The notes beneath the pieces were generated by a model. The model ran no database searches and was not told the DNA's origin. It saw only the letters and a list, made by a program, of their open reading frames with translations. DNA of 64,000 nucleotides from a virus (Duplodnaviria > Caudoviricetes), in IMG/VR virus record IMGVR_UViG_3300027566_000003; one strand, given 5' to 3'. This document shows positions 54,345-64,000 of the stretch, piece after piece (positions within the stretch are counted from its first letter, which is position 1; every line of letters starts with the position of its first letter). A program made the position numbers and the translations under genes.

Positions 54345-56129
54345 TTAATAATTTCCTTTCCTTTAAATATATTTGCTATTTCAAAACATTCATCTAATTT
54401 AAGATTACCATCAATATCCAATTCCCCAACATAAAATTCTCTCCCTTTGGAGTCTTTTGCAAAATATTCTTCTGTAAATTCATATAACTTTGCCTTAAAT
54501 ATTTCTCCTATTTTTACTTCTGCTAAAATTTCTGTCTCATCGTGTTTATATAAAATAAAACCTTCTTTTGCTTTTACTTTTAAATACATTATCAATCATC
54601 CTTTTCTTCTTTATTAAATACCACGAAAATTGACTTTCATTGTACCCTATTCTTCCTTTAGTATTTTTCTATATGTCTTTTGTAAATATCCATCATCGTC
54701 ATATAATAATCTTTTTTGAGACTCTTGCATTTCTTTTTTAGTAAGGTCTTTACAAAATTCATCAAATTGTCCCTCATACATAGGTGTTACTCTTATATCT
54801 AAATAATCAACTAGATTTTTATTTCTTACACATTCATCACAATACCAACTATCATGATTAAAACATATATGATATGCTTCACAACAATTTTTTCTATTGC
54901 CCATTATTATTTCTCCTTTCATAATAGGTTAAAAATGACTTTCATTTACTTACATACTTTTCAAACCATTCGTTGTCATTACCAACGTCACGAACACTAA
55001 TTATATAATTTTGATTAATTACTTCTATATCAAGACTTCCTAAACGATATTTCATAAATGGTAACTTCTTTTTTAAATTCCAAACTGTAAAGGTGACATA
55101 ATTATAATCAATATCATATTTTGATCTATCCACAATTACTTGATTATTAAACCATGTCACATCTTCACAAGCATAAAATTTTCTGCCATTGGATAATATC
55201 ACTTCAATCATACTTCCCACCACCTATATCTAAATCCTTGGAATCCCTTAATTGTGAATGGTAAATTTTCGTTCCTTAAATCTCTTAATAATAACAAACA
55301 ACCTTGCCATACTCTGCCAGTTACTTCACAGGTTAATCCAGATAATTCATCACCCTTGCCACAAAACTCCATTGATGATTCTACTTTATTATTTTTAATA
55401 AAATATAATCTATCACCAATGTTTAGACTCCTAGGCATTTTACTTAAAGTCTAAAATTGATACGCATCTGGGTTATTTAATAAGAATTCTGTTTCCTTGT
55501 CATCGTTTTTATATTCTGATTTAGAAATCGTGACCACAATATCCATATAAATTCTCCTTTCAATTGGCTTAAAACATAACATTCGAAGTACTAATCTTTA
55601 TCATATAATCCAAAACAAAGGACTCTATCCGAATATCCAACATCATGAAATTCTAATATACATTCCTGACGCATCCACGGATAAGGATATGACATCTTTG
55701 ACAATTGTTCATCTGTTAGTAATATCATATAATCCATTTCTAATTTAAAATCATCGTCAAAATCTTTTAATATTGCTCTTAATTGTCCAACTGTTTTTAT
55801 ATTTGTGTTCATTATTCTATTTCTCCTTTACAATCCTTAATCAACACTGGCACAGGTGAAATTCCAAAGTCCCATCTAGACACTAACCCACACTTACTAC
55901 ATTTATAAGTAACAAATTTCTCATCACTAACAAAACTATCACTACTTATTAATTCATTGAAGCATAAAGGACAATAACAAAATGTTTGTTGATTACATTT
56001 GTCTAATTTTTCTACATAATAATTCAATTCTTTTTGTTTATTTATGTTGTATTCGCCTGTGATATTTTCATAGTATACTAAGTCTCTTTTGAGTTTCCAA
56101 ATTTTTAAACGATAATATAGTTTAAACAT
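54341..56129 (-). other. short hypothetical genes
   Basis: ORF track. Confidence 0.6.
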
Positions 56130-56863
56130 TAATTTAAACCTCCTTCGATTTCTACAACATTAAATCCTAACTCCTCTGCCTCGTTTCTATCAAAACCGCT
56201 ATCTAAATGCATACAGTATATTTTATTTCTTAACTCTTCAGGAATTAATTCTGTAAGTCTTCTCAATGACAAATGAACATTACCATTATAATCTGCTTTG
56301 CAAGTATCTTGGTATAGATAATTAATCTTACCTTCTTTAAATCCATCTAAAATATTATCTTCTATGTCACAACTGTCACCACTATAATAAATAATATATT
56401 CATGTTCTTCTTCAGAAGGATTTTTAACTAATAATAGCCCAAATGTCATAAGTTCTTTAACATGATTATTTTCTAGGAAATATAATCCTAAATCTAAACT
56501 ATCAATCATTACAGAAGGATCAAAAGCACAATTATCAAATTCGCAATGATCTTCTGTAACTCCCATAATTTCAAGTAATTCAATAAAATCATTATCAGCA
56601 GAATGGAATGTTGGTTTAATTTTCTTGATAAAATAACAGTAAAATATGAAACTACCTAGACTACCTATATGATCTGGATGAGTATGGGTTACTACAATAT
56701 GAACTTCATTAACATCTGATAATAGATTTAGAGATAATATTCTATCAAAAGTCAATTCACCACAATCAAGAAGTAATAGTGTGTTGTTTTCTTTGATGTA
56801 GGCACTTGTGTTTCCTAGTTTTGTGTTGAAAGCCGAACCTGTTCCTATGAATTTTAATTTCAT
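56129..56863 (-). CDS. metallo-beta-lactamase-fold hydrolase (RNase Z / Apyc1-like)
   Basis: FIGTGSAF, LLDCG, THTHPDHIGSL, YSGDS, HL, MHLD. Confidence 0.85.
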   Translation of the reverse strand: MKLKFIGTGSAFNTKLGNTSAYIKENNTLLLLDCGELTFDRILSLNLLSDVNEVHIVVTHTHPDHIGSLGSFIFYCYFIKKIKPTFHSADNDFIELLEIMGVTEDHCEFDNCAFDPSVMIDSLDLGLYFLENNHVKELMTFGLLLVKNPSEEEHEYIIYYSGDSCDIEDNILDGFKEGKINYLYQDTCKADYNGNVHLSLRRLTELIPEELRNKIYCMHLDSGFDRNEAEELGFNVVEIEGGLN

Positions 56864-57257
56864 TTATTTTACGCTCCTTAATAATTTATTTAAAATCATG
56901 TTCTTTTCTCCAAGCAATTACATTATCACAATTATTAAATTTCCATGTTTTAATTTCCATTCTTGATTTAAAACATTCTACATAATCAAATTCTGCAATA
57001 ATAGTTAGTTCACTATCTTGATGGAATTCATCACAGTGAGGGCAGTATAGCATTTTGTTTCTCACCTCCCTTATATATTATAGGGAATTACCATATTTTT
57101 GGATGTGTCAGGACTTTACATAATATATTATTTTGCTCTTACGTTACGTTCTTCGTTCCCTACGTAACCCCGAAGGTGTGTCTCTTAATCCATTACCACT
57201 ATTACTATTAATTAGAGTATTATAAGAGAGATAAAGATTAAGAGATAAGATAAAGTA

Positions 57258-58844
57258 TTAAACCTTAACAATATTATTATTTTTATAATCCATTAAATCC
57301 TCATAGAATCTTCTTCCGCATAGTGATTTTATTTCTTTATTCTCAAAGTTATTTATAATACAATTATTAAATGATTCTATATAATTATCTCCCTCATTAA
57401 ATTCAAAACATTTTTCTTCTTCAACATCCTTATCCTCTACAATATTTAAAGTAATTTTATATTTGTTTGGTTCTTTCATAAACTTATGCTCAATAGGAGT
57501 ATTTCTTGAAACAATTTCTATAAATTTATTTTCTGATAGTTGATTGACTATTTTTATTAATGTTGGTCTTGATAAATCTGTTGCTAACATCATTAAACTA
57601 TATGGAAAATAAAATATGCCTGATTTCTTAGCATACCTCTTACTGTGGATAAGCATCGAGTATAATACTAATTTGTCATTCTTGCTCTTCGCTTTAAGTA
57701 TTTCTCTTATTTCTTCATATGTAATCTTTACTGTTTTTACTCCACCGACCAAATTAAATTCATGAGTATAAACATATTCAATAATATTATTTATGTCTTT
57801 TAAAACATTATTCCATTTTGTGGTATAACATTTCTTATCCTGTTGGTTCATCCATTCGGTGATCCACTCTTTACAATCATCTCTTGATACTTCAAGATGT
57901 TTATAATATTTAGCAATATTTATTAACGACTTCCATCTAGTACCTGTTCTAGTTAAACCAGTTTCAATTAACTCCTGAATTGCTTCAATTGTAATTTTTT
58001 CATCAATATTCTGGTTGTATTGAGTCAATGGATTGTGTGTTTCTTTTATTTCAATATAGTTTTCTATGTTCTTTACACTTGTTTCAATTTCTTCAATGTC
58101 AAATATTTTATCTAATATCAATCTAAATAGAATATTATCCATCTTTTTTATTTTAGTTATATGTAATGGATCTCTAATTTGTCTTAAACCTTTACTATAT
58201 TCACAGAAATAGCAATAATTATTTTTATCAATTTTATTATTGAAATTAATCCCTAAAGGAAGTTTAACTCCTAGTTTATTTGTTGGTCTATATTCTACTT
58301 TACCATAATTATCTCCATCAATAATTAAATCTTCTTTTTCTTTTAAACCCTCTTTATCTAATACATATTTGTGAAATCTCTTTAGTAAATTTACTTCTAT
58401 CGGTTCATCAAAAAATATCTCTATATGATAACCTTTACCTCCTGAAAAACTAATATTAATAAATTCATCATCTATCCCTACTTCCTGTAAAGCATGAACA
58501 ACTTTACTTGTAACCCATTTCGCTTTCTCTATATTTTTCTTTTTCTCTTCTTTATCAGTTTTATCTTTTTGTCCAATATCCACATCAAAACATATGAATT
58601 TACTATCTTCAACTCCTTTCATATCCCTAGCAAAGACACCTATAGTTTTAATTCCATCAATATGATTTTTAACTATAGAATCCGTTAATATTGGCCCGTT
58701 AGTCTTTTCTGGATAATCCTTATAATAATGAATTGAAACATAAGTATCTGCTTTTGTACTCCATATAAGATATTTGAATCTTTGTAATATGTATAAATCA
58801 TTAATTGCTTTAACAATTGCCTCTTTCTCTGGATTTATTATCAT
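57258..58844 (-). CDS. archaeo-eukaryotic primase-like replication protein with a C-terminal winged helix
   Basis: HIDGIKTIGVF, FICFDVD, FSGGKGYHIEIFF, KLPLG; SRPTLIKIVNQL...NKYKI. Confidence 0.75.
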   Translation of the reverse strand: MIINPEKEAIVKAINDLYILQRFKYLIWSTKADTYVSIHYYKDYPEKTNGPILTDSIVKNHIDGIKTIGVFARDMKGVEDSKFICFDVDIGQKDKTDKEEKKKNIEKAKWVTSKVVHALQEVGIDDEFINISFSGGKGYHIEIFFDEPIEVNLLKRFHKYVLDKEGLKEKEDLIIDGDNYGKVEYRPTNKLGVKLPLGINFNNKIDKNNYCYFCEYSKGLRQIRDPLHITKIKKMDNILFRLILDKIFDIEEIETSVKNIENYIEIKETHNPLTQYNQNIDEKITIEAIQELIETGLTRTGTRWKSLINIAKYYKHLEVSRDDCKEWITEWMNQQDKKCYTTKWNNVLKDINNIIEYVYTHEFNLVGGVKTVKITYEEIREILKAKSKNDKLVLYSMLIHSKRYAKKSGIFYFPYSLMMLATDLSRPTLIKIVNQLSENKFIEIVSRNTPIEHKFMKEPNKYKITLNIVEDKDVEEEKCFEFNEGDNYIESFNNCIINNFENKEIKSLCGRRFYEDLMDYKNNNIVKV

Positions 58845-60127
58845 TACTATTTCTTGGTCACTATTCCTTTCATTTTCACATCATGGTCAGTTTAAACCAT
58901 AGGTCTCCACCGATTGCACCATTCATCAAAAGCAGATTGTAATTCATTTGATTTTGCGAACTGCACAAAGGTATCTCCCTTAGTTCCAACGCCAACCTTT
59001 AGTGGAGTAATACCTTTACTAAAATAGAACTCAGCCTGAGTTAAATTATAAACGAATATGTATTTTCGCTCAGTCATAATTGAAATGCTCCTCCGTTTGT
59101 TTAATTTGCTCCTAATATTTGTTTGAAAGATAATTTTATTTCTTACCTAAGTAAATCCATACACAATCATTTTATTGCTAATATTTCTCACCTCCTTTTA
59201 TTAATAATGATTATTTATTCTTTGGTTCAAACATTCCACAAATACAAGGGGAAACCAATTTCTTCATTGTAATTATCTGGATTATTTTCTTGTGGATTAT
59301 CACAATCAATTTGCAATATTTCATAGAAACCATTTATCCTATTTTCACAATCCATTGTTTTTCACATCCTCCTTTATTTTACTTCTTCATTCCCCTAACT
59401 CTATCAATTACTCTATATCTTTTCTTACCAATATTCTTTTTACCATATCTTTCTTGAACTTTTTCAAATCCTTTTGCGAACTCAGGATCTTTACATTTTC
59501 CTTCAATAATTGCATCAATATCAACTTCTGCAAAATAACCTTTATCTTCGTGCATATTTTCACCTCCTTTTAATAAAATTTCATACTCTAAATATCTGTT
59601 ATTTTTCTACCCCAATCAATACGATATTGTGCTTCTAAATCCCTAAGACAATCTTGATAATTTTTCATCACTTCACTCATTACAAATGGTTTTATGACAA
59701 CTTTCAAAACTTCTTCTAATTTATAATTCACAATATACCCAATAATTTCATCATCAGTTAATATTGATAATTTATCGAGAGTTGATTTAATCATTGTCGG
59801 TATTAAATTAACATTTAGAATATTATCTTTTCGTGCTAGTTTTAAAAGTCGTTCAGATTCTACTATTTCATAAATTAATTCACTAATAATATGAGTTTGA
59901 CTATATTTATTAGTGAACCATTCAGAAAAACTTGTTAACGGAATAATATATTTCTTTTCGAATTTCTTTTTGTATTCTGCTTTTACAACAATAAAACCAA
60001 TTTCATTAGTATACACGTTTGTATCTTTAATAATTTCTTTTGGTATTTCTTGATTGAATTCATAATTAACATATAACCTTTTATTCATAATTCTTAACTC
60101 CTTAACTTATATTTCTACCACATATTA

Positions 60128-60156
60128 ATTATACTACACAATAAATAACATGTCAA
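60128..60156 (-). promoter_or_regulatory. consensus sigmaA promoter
   Basis: TTGACA-17 nt-TATAAT. Confidence 0.8.
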
Positions 60157-60183
60157 TTAATTTATTTTTGAATTTATAATTAT

Positions 60184-60204
60184 AAAAGGGAGAATAAACT
60201 CCCT
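60184..60204 (-). terminator. intrinsic terminator
   Basis: AGGGAG-TTTATT-CTCCCT followed by a T run on the minus strand. Confidence 0.65.
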
Positions 60205-60684
60205 AATATTTACCTTTCTTCTTCCATGTAATTATCTCCCATATTAATACTCATCTCCTTAACTTAATATCTATCCAGATCAAGGTTCCCACACAAACAA
60301 TTTATAATCATCTTCTTTTAATACAGGCCAAACATCATCACCATCTTTAACTTTGCTTTGTAGAAAATCACAAATAAGTTTGCCATAATAATTATTAAGT
60401 CCTTCTGCAATGATATATTCGCTGAAATCATCTAAATCATAATTACTTGTTGCTATTATTTTCATATATAATCATTCTCCTTTTTATCATAATCTAATCC
60501 CGTAAATCCCATTTTATGTAATTCAGTTAATTTTATTTTCACTTCGTGTAAATCAAACAATATAGCATCCTCTATAAATGATGTTAATTTAGGCATACCA
60601 TTGTCATAATTTCTTTCGTAATATTCATTAATAAAATTATATATTACATATTTTTTGTCCATATTCTCACCTCCTTGAACTATA

Positions 60685-60714
60685 AGTATAACATATTATT
60701 TACAATAATGTCAA
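60685..60714 (-). promoter_or_regulatory. sigmaA-type promoter
   Basis: TTGACA-18 nt-TATACT. Confidence 0.65.
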
Positions 60715-63700
60715 TATTTATTTCCTGTTTATTATTAATCTTCATAACCTCGAATACCTTTGATTCTTCTTATTAATGATTCATATTGAGCTTTTGCAAT
60801 TTTTCTAGATACTATTGTGAAAAATTTATCATTGATTTTCTTGATTAATTCTTTTATTTTGTTGGCCTCTTCTTGGGTGACATAAAGTTTCATAATTTAA
60901 TTTCTCCTTTAAAATGACAATTCTATTTCTTTTGTAATTTTAATTTCTTCTCAATGTTGTTTACCAATTCTTTAAGTGTCCACCCATCAGCAAATTCAAA
61001 TCCTTTATTCTCTGAGTCATTTTCATGTGCTACCCAGTATAAATGACTATCATCAAACCCGAAGTCTCTAATTAATTCACAATTATATTTCTTTTCAATT
61101 AATTTTTTAGTTAATTGCATCTTATTTTCTCCTTTCTAATTCCATTCAAATAATGCTTTGTTAGGATTTTAATACAATTCATTTTCATGTTTATAAATAC
61201 CAAGTAAACTCCTAAAGCTATATCTTAAATTATCTTCTGCTTCTTCAACCCATTTAGTTTTTAATCTCTTTATAACATCCTCAAGTTCCACATCTAATTT
61301 AGCATAATAACTTATATTGATATCATTGTAATTTCCTTTATATTCTAGGTAATGCCAATAGTCATTATTTTTTGTAAAACCAAGAGCTAAAAACATCTCA
61401 TCTGTCATTTTCATTAATTATTTTCCTCCTCTTTATCAAAATTTTCACATTCGGTTATCGGTAAATCTAGAAGTCCAAATCCATCAGGATCTATCTTATT
61501 ACTAGGAGCTTTATCACATATATACCAATCATAAAATTCCCAATTTTTGCAGTGTCTACATATCGATCCTATTAGACGTTCATCTATCCAAAAACTTACT
61601 TCTCTCATTTATATTACTTCCTCCTTGATATGTTCAATTAATTTAAGTATTTCTTTAGTGTTTTTATTTATTTTACTCTCTAATAATATATCTTTAAACT
61701 CTTTTTTACTCACAACATCCCAAGACCCATATCCTTTTGAATATTCACTAATTTCAATATTATACTCTCCCTCCCAATCACCAATTTTTTTCATATTATG
61801 TTTAGTAATTTTCTCAATATCAAGTGCATGTTCTAAGTAATAAGTTCCATCAGAAAGTGGATATTTATCAGAAAACATAGATGATAAATCTTTAATGGTC
61901 TGCTCATCTAATTCAAGAATGCTATTAATAGATTTAAGTTTATCACAGTATATTTTAACTTCTTGATATTCTTTATTAATCTCTTGAAGATATTTTAGAT
62001 ATTCATTTAATTTCTTAGTTTTTCTACTTTCTACCTTGTTTAGATATTCATCTCCTGCTTGAATTAGGCTTTGTTTTACCACATTTCCAATATTATGATA
62101 ACAGGTGTCGCATATGTAATTTCTAACTAGATGGGCTTTTTCTTCTGGCAATGGGTAATAATTTGTAACCATTACATATTCTCTATCTTCAATTTCTTCT
62201 TCTTGCCTTGAAAAGACTTTAAACTGATAACCACATAAATCACATTTAATATCTGGTGAATGACTCATTTTTATTTCCTTCTTTCATAGTTTTATTTAAT
62301 AGTTTCAAAGAATGATCTTAATGTATCCTTAAATATTCTTTTGTCACTTCCCATAGAGCATCACAAAATTCCATTCCATAATTACCGTAGATTTTATTTC
62401 TTATTCTTTCATCAAGCATTTTTAATGCACAGTTAATACAACTACAACCTAATAATATCTCAATCATCTGCCCAATATTCAAAAGTGGAATTGACATATT
62501 AAATGGTTTATTGTGTCCATCCCATGCAAATTGTTTACCATTTAGAAAATCATTTCCAAGACATATAAACACATCTCCTTGTTGTTGGCGTTCAGACCAC
62601 CATAATCTTAGATAATCTTGTTGCTCTTGTGTAAGTTCTTGAAGTTGAGATACGGTAATTCTTTGTTTCATTTTAAAATCTCCTTCACTTTCAAATGCTT
62701 TGAGTAGTTTATGAGAGTCCATTTCTCTAATTGTTTTGTTTGGTTTCATTACTTAATTCCTCTCTTAATTTGATGTTTGATATGTATGCTCTAAAATATT
62801 CTTAATAAGTAACTTTTCAAAGTATACACTGCCATCATTTAGCTCATCTGCATTATCTTCAACATCATCTTCTATTCTTCTTGCTAATTCTTTTGCCCAT
62901 TTATAACGATAATCTTTAACATCTACTTTCATTTTATCAACTCCTATAAATGTTGTATTTTATGGTAAGTTATATTTCAAGGACAACTATAACCACAATG
63001 TCCATATTTAGCCGATACAGATCCCTTTGCTAAAGGCATATAGCAATACTGACAATATTCAATTTTATAATCTCCTTCATCGTATGTTCTTAAATGTTCA
63101 TCAATTAATTCTTGCATTTTATTTTGATATACTTTTCTTTCTTCGTCCGTTGATAATCTATCAATATACGATTGCCTATATTTCCAAAACCTAATTAATC
63201 TACTTTCCAGATATTCTTTGCTTTGGTATTTTCTTTGATATTCATCATTTGTCATTATATAATCTCCTTTTCATTTTAATTTCTATTCCCTCGAAAGATG
63301 TCTTTGCTAGGATTAATCCCAATTAATATGTTCATGAATTTTTGTAATCTTATCAATATCTACTACTTTAAATCCAATTAATTGTTTTGTAAGTCCTCTC
63401 TTAACAGACGTAAATCTATAATCATCATCTAAGCTCATACAATAACATTCACTATCGCTATTAAAATACTCAAATTTCTTTGGTAATGTATAAGAAAATA
63501 TAATCCATTTACATTTTTGGTCATAATTTATCTCTCTGTATTTTAATTTGTTTTTCACACAATATTCTTTAAGGATAATTTCTAATTGTTCGATAGTTAA
63601 TTCTTTCATTTACATCATCCCTTTCCTGTTTGCCATTTTATAAATTCTTTAGTCTCTTCATCTTGTTCCATTAGTGCAATTATCCGAGAATGAAATATTA

Positions 63701-63905
63701 TATAACTCCAATCATCATCTTTAATATTATACTTTTCTTTCATTTCTTGTAAGATACTTTTTGAGTATTCTGGCTGCTGTACTTTTTCTTCATTGTTCAT
63801 AATTCTCATCCTTTCTTAACCCGACCAAAGTGGGATTTTATTGTTTATCTTCTTGTATTGTGATTTCCATTTTTATTTCCACAAATGCTGTTTTAGTATG
63901 ATTTC

Positions 63906-64000
63906 TGAAACACTGCACGAGCTAAAGCTCGGCAGGTTCTTATGTACTCATGAATTTCTTTTATACTCTCATTTGCAAGTATGGTATTTCATTCACATTT
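63906..64000 (-). mobile_element. right end (omegaRNA 3' region) of a second related IS200/IS605 element whose body lies beyond the window
   Basis: 63913-63974 matches 44183-44244 except for four compensatory stem changes. Confidence 0.8.

Larger units (their letters stand above)
58892..63809 (-). other. array of short hypothetical genes (e.g. 58892-59077, 59588-60088, 61609-62268, 62977-63255)
   Basis: Packed minus-strand ORFs with RBS. Confidence 0.7.

Overview
A very AT-rich 64-kb segment of a large temperate Firmicutes (probably clostridial) phage or prophage with SPbeta-like organisation. Nearly all real genes are on the minus strand, most preceded by GGAGG/AAAGGA ribosome-binding sites. 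Most of the window is arrays of short hypothetical genes. These are interspersed with DNA-metabolism and counter-defence genes (NAD-dependent ligase, five DNA methyltransferases, AEP primase/replication protein, DenV-like glycosylase, Lar, Apyc1-like MBL hydrolase), RNA/tRNA-repair genes (a two-intein polynucleotide kinase-phosphatase-ligase, Thg1, two Pth2, YqeY), free-standing homing endonucleases and an IS200/IS605 tnpB element. The most notable feature is at about 21.9-29.8 kb: a phage-borne agr-type cyclic-peptide module. It contains AgrB, an AgrD prepeptide missed by the ORF track, a kinase-less membrane receptor candidate, a DUF5317-like membrane protein and two antitoxin-less MazF/PemK RNases, one fused to an HTH domain. 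It lies directly upstream of a gene pair resembling SPbeta yopQ/yopR (sroE/mrpR), roughly where SPbeta keeps its arbitrium (aimR-aimP-aimX) genes. Other signals worth checking are a recurrent 16-bp pseudo-palindrome at gene boundaries, a (CA)35 tract that frameshifts a Dam-like methylase, two unexplained structured non-coding elements and a counter-oriented 30-aa membrane peptide. All family assignments come from motif recognition by eye; no database searches were run.
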